A stretch of 64,000 nucleotides of DNA from Eledone cirrhosa (Eukaryota): the NCBI GenBank assembly GCA_964016885.1, contig OZ024740.1, positions 424,762,001-424,826,000 of the forward strand, given 5' to 3'. The position numbers and the translations under genes were made by a program. The first letter of the stretch is position 1. Each line of letters begins with the position of its first letter. This document shows positions 27,698 through 40,446 of the stretch, one piece after another. The notes beneath the pieces are model-generated. The model had not been told where the DNA came from. It saw nothing but the letters and a program-made list of their open reading frames with translations, and made no database searches.

Positions 27698-27740
27698 GTA
27701 TGTATGTATGTATGTATGTATGTATGTATGTATGTATTAT

Positions 27741-28348
27741 GTCAGGTCACCAGTTTGTGCTACTGGTAACATGTATCCCAGTACAACCTGTCTCATGGTC
27801 GGGTCGTTGGCGACTAAACTGGCAACCCCACCAAGGTTAGTTGGTGAGGAGGGTGACTTTAGACATCCTGCAGGACTAAAAACAAAACCTGTCAAAGGGC
27901 AAAGGAGCTCTTAAGAGTCAATGGCCATCCAAAATCACCGGGAGAGATGACCCCGTAGCGTTTGTCAAGGCAGAATTTTAGGAGAAGGAAAACTCTGATA
28001 TAACACCTGCAACTCTGATGGTATCCAATGATGTTGACTTGTTCTTCTTTTTGATAAATATCATCTTGGTTAAGAGAGTGGGACTGGCTTTGTGCAGTGC
28101 CTTTGCTCACTATAAAAGCTTCACGGCACAGGCATTGCTTTATATCTGGAGATCTCTCTGCACTTGTCGTCACATGGTACCATTGGCCCATCACTACGTG
28201 TCAATAATTGTCACAAGTGTAGTGTTTGTACCAGAGTTCTCAAGTCGCTGGCTGGACTAAAAAGTCACACTCGTTCAGCGCATCGGTAGGGGTTCTCCTA
28301 CATCGATATAAAGTAGTGGCCGTACTCGAAAACGAGTTGGCAGCCACC
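27741..28348 (+). mobile_element. RTE-derived non-autonomous element, copy 3
   Basis: Near-identical to 22005-22612. Confidence 0.8.
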
Positions 28349-28399
28349 ATATATGTATGTATGTATGTGTGTGTATGTATGTATGTATGTATATATGCA

Positions 28400-28630
28400 T
28401 AGGAGAAGGCAACTCAGGAAACTGGGAAAAGTCCGATATACAACCTGCGGCTCAGTAGTTACCGATGATGTTGATCTTTTATTCTTTTCGGGTTATAGCT
28501 ACTGTCTCTCAGAGAGTGGGATTGGCTCAATGCACAGTCTTTCTTCACTTTAAAAAATCTTTGCGCACAGGCATTGCACGATGGAATATCGTGCAATGGT
28601 CATACTCGATAACGAGGGGGCCGCCAAAAT
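28400..28630 (+). mobile_element. Related shorter RTE-derived SINE with (ATGT)n tail
   Basis: Shares aggagaagg, gatgatgttg, gagagtggga, gcacaggcattgc and the CTCGATAACGAG 3' hairpin; fragments also at ~11350-11465 and ~21347-21390. Confidence 0.65.
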
Positions 28631-29026
28631 GTATGTATGTATGAATGTATGTATGTTCTAATTTAAAACGGTTTCAGAAATGTCTGGTTTTATAATTTCA
28701 CAAAGTTTCACCAAAGTTTCTAACATAGACACAAGACTCTCTCATTGGAATTTACACAACATCAACTAGGTAGATATGTATGTATGCATGCATGTGTAGA
28801 TATGGATGTTATTGTATGTGTGGATGTGTATGTTTTGAGTTGTATGTGCGCATGTGTATATGCTTTGTATCAGTACATGTATATATGCAGTTATTAGATG
28901 CAAAATGTTTGGAATATTTTACATATTTTTACTGTTCCATTAATGGATTGTACTTGTAGTTTCCTAACTAGTTGTGTTCTTTCTGTTCCTGTGAAGCCTA
29001 GCTTCACAAGATTTGTATTGAAGCAA

Positions 29027-30229
29027 ATTTTGCAAATTTTGCAAATTTTGAAGGTGCAGCTATCGCAGCCATTTGTAGACTATGAATTAGGGAGCTGCGC
29101 TTTTTGTCCAAGTTCAGTCATACTTTGGATTTGCAAACTCCTCATCAATCATCCGTAGATGTCCTCTTTCTCCTGTATTTTTCTGATAACGTTTACATCA
29201 AGTGGGCAGCTGATCTCCACAACAGAACACGTTTTCAATGTGTGGTCCCAAACAACAATATCAGGCCGGTTGTGCTTTAATTTTGTGGCAGTTTTTATTT
29301 TCAGGTTCCACAGTGCCATCTGTCTCAATATATTCTTCCTCCTTTGTTGTTAATTTTGTTTTCCGAAGTGCGTTCCAGATGGTTCTAGCTATTCCATCGT
29401 GTCTCATGGGGAGGTAGTAGCGAGATGACATTCTTTCGCAGCTGGCAACAATATGGCTTACATCCTCGATCTTTGTTTTACATAACCTACATTTATTGTC
29501 AGCTGATGGCCCTCCTCTTTTGTGCAGCAGATATTTGGTAGGGAGTTCTTGTTCCTTTATTGCATAGAGATATCCCTCAAGGTGTGATGTCATAAACTTG
29601 TCGGAACTCCATGCCAGGCTTTTTGAGTAGTTTATCCCCTCTATGGTCTGTGCTTTACGCCTCAAGTATCCATGCACAACTTTTTCTGTAAATTGGTCAA
29701 TTTTTTAAATCTTGTTTGAACATTAAATTGGATCTTCCGATTTCTGTGGGTGAGAGATTTATATCAGGCTTTATTCCATATCTCTCCTCCAGATCAGTCG
29801 CTATTCTAATGATATATTTTTTTTCATGCTCATAAACCTGAGCAAGATGGTTGCCAACCTTTTTCCTCTGTTGAAGGTGTTGCTTCAGTGTTACTATCCG
29901 GGTCTCATATGTTGTTAATATTGAATTTAGACCCCGGCCACCTTCCTTGCGTGAGAAATATAGCCTATCCACATCACCATTGATGTTAAAGTTCCCAGTA
30001 AAACTGAGAAGTTTGCGAGTTCTAACATCCATCTCACTTAGTTCTTGCAATGACCAGTTCAGTAGGCCAAATGTTGGCGTTAGAATTGGCACAGCATAAG
30101 TATTGTGGGCAATGTATTTGTTGTACGCTGACAGTTCTGATGACCATATTTTCATTACTCTTCTGAGGTATTCAGTTCTGGTTCTCTCCTTATTTATGGG
30201 TCCATCATATCTGACATTCTCATCCTGTC
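29027..30229 (-). mobile_element. R4/Dong-like LINE fragment with small deletions
   Basis: ORFs 29261-29677 and 29697-30229 match copy 1. Confidence 0.88.
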
Positions 30230-30455
30230 TGTATGTATATGTGTATGTATATATATATATATGTGTATGTATGTATATGTACATGTATGTATTTATGTAT
30301 GTATGTATGCATATATATGTGTATGTATGTTTGTATTTGAATGTATGTATATGTGATTGCAAGTATGTGTGTTTGCATGTATAAATGTATGTGTTTATGC
30401 ATGCATGTATGCATGCATATATGTATGTGTGTGTATGTAAGTATATATGTGTGCT

Positions 30456-30490
<35 letters not shown>

Positions 30491-31076
30491 GGGGGGGGGG
30501 CAGCAATTATGTACACCTATACACACCACTTACAACAAAGAAGCCCCATCCAGCGATCTTAGCATTTCGACCTTTTCTTAATTTTTTAATTACATTTCTG
30601 AAACCATTTTAAATTAGAATATATCTCCTAATTAGCGTCCAATACTTAACATAATAAACAAACTCTTCCCGATTATTGTGTTGGAACTCCCTCAATGAAC
30701 TTCTTCTTCACCAACACCGCCATCCTAATGAAATATCCAGGTATAAACACCGAATGTTGACAATATTTTAGTTGTAAGTAGCTTTGTTGGAATCAAACTC
30801 GAAATTAAACTTTAATTCACGTTTCTTTCTTTGTGTTTGTCTTTGTTTTATTAATATTGTTGTTGTCCGTCTTTTTTTTAATAGTTTCTTTTTACAATTG
30901 CTGTGCCCCAGCATGACCTCAGCCTGTCGGCTGGATCACGAGATAGAGTAAACAGAGTAACTGCTCTACCATGGTGGATACCTATATGTATTCGTGAGTG
31001 AATAATTATAACATTATCATAATATTATTAATATTCGATTCTTATTATTATTCGATATTAATATTCGATATAATCG

Positions 31077-31265
31077 GGCGGTAGATTGACAGTATCGGTA
31101 GAGGGTCGAACATGCTTTCCAGCATAGTTACGTCCCTTTACGATCTGAGTTCAAATCCGGCCGAGGTTAACTTTGCATTTCATCCTTACGGGATCGATAA
31201 AATAAAGTACCAATAATACATTGGGATAATTGCTGGTCTTGTGCCAAAAGTAGAAACGATTATTA
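31077..31265 (+). mobile_element. tRNA-SINE copy
   Basis: Family match with A and B boxes. Confidence 0.85.
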
Positions 31266-31383
31266 ATATTCGATTCGTTTTCAAGCAAACAGTCTCATAA
31301 CACCATCTTTGTTTTCTCGATGACGATATCGCCCTTTTGTTCTAGCCGTAAGTGGTTTAAGTTGTAAGTGGTTCAAGTTGTAA

Positions 31384-32219
31384 GTGGTTCAAGTTGTAAG
31401 AGAACAATTTGTAGATTCGAATATTTTGTTCCAACATTGAAAATGTTTTCAGAATGTTGTTAATTTAGCAAAGTTATATAGTTTATCGTACATATTATAT
31501 TATATCATGTTTATGTTTGCACGATTGAAAAGGGAAAGATAACTCCAATCTTGTTTGTTAACCGTTAAATTTGATGAATGATTTACTCAGAAAATATAGA
31601 GAGAAAATTATATATTATTTTGTGTGAGATTAAATATTTTAGTCAAAAGGTGTGTGAAAGTTTGAAGTTCAAAAGGAGAGGAAAAAACGTAGTGTGCATT
31701 TCGAAGAACTATCGTAAAGAGGATACATTTTCAGAATGTCAATTAAAGATTATGAATCTACATCTAGAAAAAATATATTTAGAGGGGTATTATTAGGAAA
31801 ATAATAATGTCAGAAGTAAAAATATTAAAAAATATATATATTAAAAAAATTAATGTCAAAAGGTAAAATTAGTAGAATATTCAAAAATATAAAATAATTA
31901 AGAAAGAAGATCATTTAAACGAATTTAAATTTAAATTTAAATTTAGATTTTTATAGAAAATAGGATAATTTTAAAGGTGTATAAAATATAGTCAAGTGTA
32001 ATGAATATCATAAATTAAAAATACTTCTGAAAGTGGAATTTTGGCGATGTCTGCAAGAAGAAAATAATTCTGTTTTAAGATTTTTGACAGTCAATTATAT
32101 AAAACATTTCCTCGAAACAGAATCTTGAGAAAGCCATTATTAACATTCTGAAAACATTTTCAATGTTGGAACAAAATATTCGAATCTACAAATTGTTCTC
32201 CTCTTACAACTTGAACCAC
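31384..32219. mobile_element. AT-rich element bounded by ~75-bp inverted repeats (MITE-like or foldback insertion)
   Basis: 31384-31458 is the reverse complement of 32142-32219; the 16-bp unit gtaagtggttcaagtt is repeated 3 times at the left end. Confidence 0.6.
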
Positions 32220-32917
32220 CTTTTTTTTTTTATGTAAAATGCAAAATCAACTTCCTTCGTAACTCATATTAGAAATGTAAACAACTAATAATTGTAAATT
32301 ATTTCTATTTCTATAATACTTATACATGCACAATTATTAATCTATATAGATATTTATATACATATAACCTATCGTAATGTAATAAGATAAAATATACTTA
32401 CAACCATAATTCTTCATATAATCTAATTGATTATATATACAATATTATAACTCATAATAGAGCTAAATAAATTAAAATTCTGGAATCATATTATTAATTT
32501 CTTTTAAATTAACGTGAATGCAAGCTCTTCTTCCTTTTTCTGCATAGCGTCTAAAATAACGTTTTTTTTCAGCCCTATACCTCAACTTCATTTGCATACT
32601 CATCTTAATAATTTGAAATATCTGACTTTTCTTCTCTTATCCCTTCACTATCCAAGGAAAACTTGGACCGTTAAGGTATTTTTTTCTTGGTTATGTCAAA
32701 GTTTATAAAAACAAACTCTGTATTTTATGTGATGAAAGCGTACTAAAGTGTTGGTACCCTTGAAATATATATAATAGAATAAATATGGTTTTATAAATAT
32801 AGTTTCCATTTATTTAATATCATTGAATATTATAGTCCAGAAAACTTGTCGAGTGCTCTGAATCAGTTATAAACATTTATATTTGTTGAATTACCAACAA
32901 ATTGAATATCCCTTTTG

Positions 32918-32956
<39 letters not shown>

Positions 32957-32958
<2 letters not shown>

Positions 32959-33055
32959 TTCACCGTATTTTTGACTAAAGAAATTTTAGTCTGATAATGG
33001 TGTGTAGAACCCCATTATCAGACTAAAATTTCTTTAGTCAAAAATACGGTGAAAG
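32957..33055. repeat. Palindrome with 44-bp arms and an 11-nt loop, adjacent to (TA)n
   Basis: ctttcaccg...ataatgg / ccattat...cggtgaaag. Confidence 0.9.
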
Positions 33056-33105
33056 CTATTCTATTTTCTAATTTCAAACCTGCTCACTGTTTCAAAGCAT
33101 ACTTA

Positions 33106-33166
<61 letters not shown>

Positions 33167-33170
<4 letters not shown>

Positions 33171-33947
33171 AGAAACACAGTAAACCGTGTGTCTAAAATT
33201 ACAAGGGTTGAAAAACCACATTTGTTTGAAATATTTAACCAAGAAGCAGGCAGAATGATAAAATATACAAACCGCCACAATAACCATTATATCTCTCGGA
33301 CAGATTATCCCTAATCTGTTTCGCCCTGAGTGTGTTTGTAACAGATAATCCTGGGCTTCATCAGCGAGAGAATCTGATTAAATGCCACAAACACTATTTG
33401 CCTGGGCTTACTATATATTATTAATCGGCTCAGTATTTATACTTTGAGCTTAATAGTTACAGGGTTCCAATTGAGTTTTAACTCTAATTTTCATATATTT
33501 CTGCTCCCTCACAAGTTGAGCTTATTAAGTTGTGTGTGTTGGACTGTTATTTCTATTCAATACACGCTTACCACGTTTGACTAGCGGCGCACGAGGTGAC
33601 AAATTCATCTTTCTGTGTGAACGTTGGCAAATAGTGTTTGTGGCATTTAATCAGATTCTCTCGCTGATGAAGCCCAGGATTATCTGTTACAAACACACTC
33701 AGGGCGAAACAGATTAGGGATAATCTGTCCGAGATATATAATGGTTATTGAGGCGGTTTGTATATGTTATCATTCTGTCTGCTTCTTGGTTAAATATTTC
33801 AAACAAATGTGGTTTTTCAACCCTTGTAATTTTAGACACACGGTTTACTGTGTTTCTTACTATATATTATTAATCGGCTCAGTATTTATACTTTGAGCTT
33901 AATAGTTACAGGGTTCCAATTGAGTTTTAACTCTAATTTTCATATAT
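33167..33947 (+). mobile_element. ORF-less hammerhead element (family B): inverted arm + 449-nt monomer + 92-bp direct repeat
   Basis: 33167-33402 is the reverse complement of 33626-33861; 33407-33498 equals 33856-33947; (TA)n on both sides. Confidence 0.8.
33659..33734 (+). ncRNA. Type I hammerhead ribozyme (family B); minus-strand copy at 33292-33371
   Basis: Stem I tctcg/cgaga; CTGATGA(A); stem II gccc/gggc; GAAA; stem III cagatta-ggga-taatctg; GTC triplet, cleavage predicted after 33729. Confidence 0.88.
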
Positions 33948-33967
33948 ATATATATATATAGAATAAG

Positions 33968-34828
33968 AAAAAGCGAAGTAGTTTCAGATGTTCAAGTCCT
34001 TTAATAATAATTGTTTCTACTTTAGGCACAAGGCCAGCAATTACCCAGTGCATTACTGGTACTTTATTTTATCGACCCCGTAAGGATGAAAGACAAAGTC
34101 AACCTCGGCGGGATTTATATATAATGCTGTGATATATATTTCAATGATATATATTTCAATGACGACACTGGCCACACTGTTCTGTGTGCGAGTGTCGTGT
34201 CATCATCAGACAGCTTGTTACATAATAAGGTTATGTTTCCGAGGCAATCCAAATTGAATCGACATGGGAACGGATGAAGTTCGTGCTTTTAGGTTTTTCA
34301 TCCGTTCCCTTGTGAGTACCAATTCACCCCCACCGGTCTGCGCAAGAGCATGTCCGAAGGAAGTTGACCATTGGCTACCGCAGATTTCAACGAAATTCGC
34401 TTAGTCATTTCACCCTCTCAGCCAGAACAATGGCCCACCTATGCCCTACCAAAGTTTACTGCTACCCATCACGACTGTGGCAGTCAGCCGAAAGCCAGAG
34501 GGGATGGGAGGGTGTTAGTTTTTATAGGTCATAATACTACCTTTCACTAAGCGTTGACAGCAAGACTGACCATCAACTCATAAGGGAAAATAAACTTAAT
34601 TCTAGGTATCATGGTTTTACATTGGAAGTTAAGAGTGAGAGTTGGAAATAAATATAAAAAATTAAAATCCTAAATCAAATATCAGAGATTATAAATTAAA
34701 CAATTAAAAAATAAAAAAAATTCGAAATTCAAAAATTTTTCAAGTGATAATTCGGATTGAGTAAAAATATAGATTGAAGTGAGTAAATAATATGGAGAGA
34801 GATGTTTAAGTAATAAGTTCTGAGAGGG
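33968..34828 (-). mobile_element. Family A pLTR-like element, interrupted by a tRNA-SINE (34003-34116, -)
   Basis: Colinear with 39540-40263; the SINE is inserted at the taataat site. Confidence 0.75.
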
Positions 34829-35111
34829 ATTATAGTGTCACAGTTACTCTATCCACATATTGAACGACAGTGCCGTACATTATAACGGAGGGCATACTAC
34901 AGGGTTCAAGGCATTAGTCAATCTGGTACACAGTCATAATTTCCATCACATGGAACAAAATCAAAGAAAAACAGACATAAAGTACACAGAAGAAAAGAAA
35001 AGAACAGAACCAATAGTGAATAAATGCAAAAACACAGAGTACATATATGCAAAATGATCCATATGATTGTCCATCAGAGTACTTGAATTGAATTGCATCA
35101 ATGTTTACCCT

Positions 35112-35142
<31 letters not shown>

Positions 35143-35152
<10 letters not shown>

Positions 35153-35238
35153 GAGGTAAGTAAGGTTCTATAGAAAACAGTGGATATATATATATCTCCA
35201 CTGTTTTGTATAGAATCTTACTTACCTCTTCTAATATA
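35143..35238. repeat. Imperfect palindrome in (TA)n, with further partial arm copies to ~35392
   Basis: tattagaagaggtaagtaagg...gtgga / tccac...cttacttacctcttctaata. Confidence 0.8.
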
Positions 35239-35268
35239 TATATATATTAGAAAAAGGTAGTAAGGTTC

Positions 35269-35352
<84 letters not shown>

Positions 35353-35656
35353 AGAAAAGGGAAGTAAGGTTCTATACAAAACAATGGATATAGAGAAAAG
35401 GTGAAGTTGGTAATAACACGGAAAATATATTTTAGGGTCTGTTTTTCATCTTTTCCTTTTTTTTCCTTTCTTTGATTCGTCAAAGTTACATTATTGAAAA
35501 GATGGCATTATTAAAAAATGAGAGGACAATTCTTTTAAAAAAAAATGTTATAATGTATATAAAGTATATAAAGTATATGAAGTATATAAAGTATATAATG
35601 TATATAAAGTATATAAAGTATTACCGGTTTCGATGTATTATTAAAATTGATCTTAG

Positions 35657-35846
35657 GGCAGTGGATTGGCATCGGTAGAGGATCGGACGTCAGGCTTTGA
35701 CGCATAGAGTTACGGCCCTTGCCATTCTGAGTTCAAATCCCGCAGAGATTAACTTTGCCTTTCATGCTTACAGGGTCGATAAAATAAAGTACCAGTAATG
35801 TACTGGGTAATTGCTGGCCTTGTGCTGAAAGTAGAAACAATTATTA
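35657..35846 (+). mobile_element. tRNA-SINE copy
   Basis: Family match. Confidence 0.85.
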
Positions 35847-36302
35847 AAATTCATCTTATCAAATGTTGAATATTACAATTAAAAAGAATTAATAGGAATT
35901 AAAAACTAAAAGTTAAAGATTTAAAATTAAGAGTTGGAGTAAGTTTTTTTCCTTGCTCAGAAGTGGACTGGAGAATGAATTCTTGTGTATAGAGAGACGG
36001 GTGTGTAGGCTTGATATATATTTATCAAAGATCAAATAGAAAGATTGAGGAGATGGCGACTTGAATAATATAGAAATTTCTTTTCCTTTCTGCCACTGCC
36101 TAGTCTCCTCTATCTTCCTATTTCACCTTTAATTTCTCATTCTATATTCTGATGAAGGACTAACGTTTGAAACTTGAAGACACTTTCCCTGCTATATCAA
36201 GTTTAAACTAATAATATATTTACTCATTGTATTGTGTCGTTTGCTTTGCTATTTCTGTTTGCTTTTGCATATATATATATTTGCATATATATCTTTGCAT
36301 AT

Positions 36303-36375
<73 letters not shown>

Positions 36376-36424
36376 CATATATATATATACATATATATAT
36401 ATACATATACATATATATATATAC

Positions 36425-36519
<95 letters not shown>

Positions 36520-36815
36520 AATATAAATATACATATGCAAAAGGCAGACAGAAATAACATATATACATATATGTACCACTTCCGGCAGCATAACTTAACA
36601 CGTTTACCAAATCCGGACATGTCCCTTGTTATATTCCTCCAAAGAAGAGATTTTTTCTCGAAATATCAGCACAGATAAATAAATAATGTAACACATAACA
36701 TCTTGTTGCGTCTTATTTTCCTGTTCATTTCACATTGTCGTGGCCTTCAAACTTCACATGTTTCCATACCATACACAATGCTTCTAGAAAACTACAACCT
36801 TCTCATATATATATA

Positions 36816-36918
<103 letters not shown>

Positions 36919-36920
36919 GC

Positions 36921-36953
<33 letters not shown>

Positions 36954-36957
<4 letters not shown>

Positions 36958-37024
36958 TTCAAAACAAAAAACAAAAACGAAGTGTGCAGTACAAACAGTG
37001 TTAGTATTAGGTTCACGCTTGAGA

Positions 37025-37074
<50 letters not shown>

Positions 37075-38089
37075 TATGTATATATATATATATATTAAGA
37101 CAGGGGGGAAGAAAAAATGGCTTCACTTGTGCTTTCAACAAATTTATTTTCTTCACAAAATCCCAAAAGAATTTTTTTCCCGGATTAGAAAAAAAAATTT
37201 TTTCTTAAAAAAAATTATTTTATAAATTAAGTTAGGTCTTAGGAGTTCTTGGTTAACGTAGGAGGTATTGTTTCGTTTTTAGAACGACCTTTCACGCTGA
37301 GGTGCGCTTGTCAAACTGATGTGTATGTGGTGTGTTGTTCTATATATAGGGATTTAACATGTCTGTGGTGTGGTGGGGTTTTTTTCTCCCCCTTTTAATA
37401 AGTGTATGGGTGTAGGTGTGTTGAAAAAGTGTTAATAGCAGTAATGAGTTGAGACGGTGAGTAGGGTTGGGTGAGGAGAAATGTAGCAAGTGCGGCCTGC
37501 CCCGGTCATTCTCGAAAAATTCCTTTATTCAGGGGATTCCTTTGTGTTGAGAATGGTCACAGGCAAATCGCACCTGCCAAGTTTGTAAACAATTATTTTT
37601 TTCTGAAGAATTTTTCTACGTCCATCCCAAAATTAGTCCTTTGTTCAACACACACATATGTGCGTATATACGTACATACACACACGGGCATATGTAGGAA
37701 TATATAGGCACACACAATCAATCACACACCCATGTACATATACATCCACATACATACACAAAAACATATAAAGACACATATAAAACACATATACACATAC
37801 GTACACACACGAATATGTATTCATACCTCCACATGGGTATATATATATATACATACATACATATACATACATATACACATATAAAGATACATAACTAAAT
37901 ATACATATATACCCATACACGCACACATACACACACACACACGTGTACACACACACACAGACACACACACATATATACATATGTCCGTATATATACTTCC
38001 GTTCACACATACATGCATACACACACACACACATACACACATACATATATATACATATATATATATAGACAGAGGCATACACACACACG

Positions 38090-38167
<78 letters not shown>

Positions 38168-38254
38168 TACATATATGTACACATAAACACATACAGACAC
38201 ATACACACATATACATACATAAACACATATACATATATCTATATATATATACAC

Positions 38255-38288
<34 letters not shown>

Positions 38289-38342
38289 ATACACATACAC
38301 ATACAAGTACATACATACACACATACATATATACACATACAT

Positions 38343-38386
<44 letters not shown>

Positions 38387-38778
38387 CTCAACTCATTACT
38401 GCTATTAACACTTTTTCAACACACCTACACCCATACGCTTATTAAAAGGGGGAGAAAAAAACCCCACCACACCACAGACATGTTAAATCCCTATATATAG
38501 AACAACACACCACATACACATCAGTTTGACAAGAGCACCTCAGCGTGAAAGGTCGTTCTAAAAACGAAACAATACCTCCTACGTTAACCAAGAACTCCTA
38601 AGACCTAACTTAATTTATAAAATAATTTTTTTTAAGAAAAAATTTTTTTTTCTAATCCGGGAAAAAAATTCTTTTGGGATTTTGTGAAGAAAATAAATTT
38701 GTTGAAAGCACAAGTGAAGCCATTTTTTCTTCCCCCCTGTCTTAATATACCTAACTGTACCAAGGATTACACACATTT

Positions 38779-38849
<71 letters not shown>

Positions 38850-38923
38850 TCACTCTCAAGCGTGAACCTAATACTAACACAGTTTGTACTGCACACTTCG
38901 TTTTTGTTTTTTGTTTTGAACTC
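36954..38923. mobile_element. ~500-bp inverted duplication, probably a decayed Penelope 3' end with an inverted pLTR
   Basis: 36954-37454 is the reverse complement of 38386-38923 (each split by (TA)n). The minus strand of 37455-37645 shows traces of GRCDL..LNK resembling a GIY-YIG C-terminus. Confidence 0.6.
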
Positions 38924-38946
38924 ATATATATATATATATATATACA

Positions 38947-39340
38947 TAAAATAAAGTTAAATAAAAGTTAAATGATTAAAATTTAGCTTCGTTTATTACT
39001 GCTATATATATTTCAGTGACAGCCATCTTTGGCTGTGACCTCTTCAGGCAGTTTGAATTAGTATGGTATAGACAAGTACATATGTTGTTTAGGTGTATAA
39101 TTTTGTCAATACTCTGATATGCCCAGTTCCTTGTCAGTGAATTAACAACCCAACAAGGAACTGGGCATATCAGAGTATTGACAATATTATACACCTAAAC
39201 AACATATGTACTTGTCTATACCATACTAATTCAAACTGCCTGAAGAGGTCACAGCCAAAGATGGCTGTCACTGAAATATATATAGCAGTAATAAACGAAG
39301 CTAAATTTTAATCATTTGACTTTTATTTAACTTTATTTTA
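38947..39340. mobile_element. Foldback hammerhead unit (family C): ~188-bp arms, 18-nt loop
   Basis: 38947-39134 is the reverse complement of 39153-39340; lies in (TA)n. Confidence 0.85.
39235..39289 (+). ncRNA. Minimal type I hammerhead ribozyme (family C); minus-strand copy at 38998-39052
   Basis: Stem I actgc/gcagt; CTGAAGA; stem II acagcca-aaga-tggctgt; GAAA; palindromic tatata; ATA triplet. Confidence 0.82.
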
Positions 39341-39448
39341 CACTACTCCGGAGTAACCAAACCAACCTGCGCACTTCGTCGAGTGCTCCAGCCTGCATAC
39401 TGAGGTTTTGGTATACAACCAACATAAACTCAAAATCTATATATATAC

Positions 39449-39539
<91 letters not shown>

Positions 39540-39540
<1 letters not shown>

Positions 39541-40325
39541 AAAAGCGAAGTAGTTTCAGATGTTCAAGTCCTTTAATAATTATGCTGTGATATATATTTC
39601 AATGAAGACACTGGCCACACTGTTCTGTGTGCGAGTGTCGTGTCATCATCAGACAGCTTGTTACATCATAAGGTTATGTTTCCGAAGCAATCCAAATTGA
39701 ATCGACATGGGAACGGATGAAATGCGTGCTTTTGGGTTTATCACCCGTTCCCCTGTGAGTACCAATTCACCCCCACCGGTCTGCGCATACGCATGTCCGA
39801 AGGAAGTTGACCATTGGCTACCGCGGATTTTAACGAAATTCGCTTAGTCATTTCAGCCTCTCAGTGACACAATGGCGCGTACCATAGTTTACTGCTACCC
39901 ATCACGACTGTGGTAGTCAGTCGAAAGCCAGAGGGGATGGGAGAGTGTTAGTTTTTACAGGTCATAATACTACCTCTCACCTAGCGTGGACAGTACGACT
40001 GACCTTCAACTCAAAGGGAAAATATACTTAATTCTAGGTATCATGGTTTTACATTGTAAGTTAAGAGTGAGAGTTGGAAATAAAAATTAAAGTCCTAAAT
40101 CAAGTATCAGAAATTATAAATTAAACAATTAAAAAATTAACAATTAGTAATTAAAAGTCAGAAATTTGTTTTCCTCCAGTGAGAATTCGGATTGAGGTGA
40201 GTAAAAAATTATAGATTGAAGTGAGTAAATAATATGGAGAGAGATGTTTAAGTAAGAAGTTCCGAACCCCTCTCAGAACTTCTTACTTAAACATCTCTCT
40301 GCATATTATTTACTCACTTCAATCT
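39540..40325 (-). mobile_element. Family A pLTR-like element with a terminal foldback (40213-40325)
   Basis: Colinear with 33968-34828; the last ~50 bp are inverted-duplicated; (TA)n flanks. Confidence 0.78.
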
Positions 40326-40396
40326 ATATATTTTTATATGTAAATATATATGTATATATGTATATATATATGTATATATATGTATATATATATATG

Positions 40397-40427
<31 letters not shown>

Positions 40428-40446
40428 GTGTATATATATATATATA

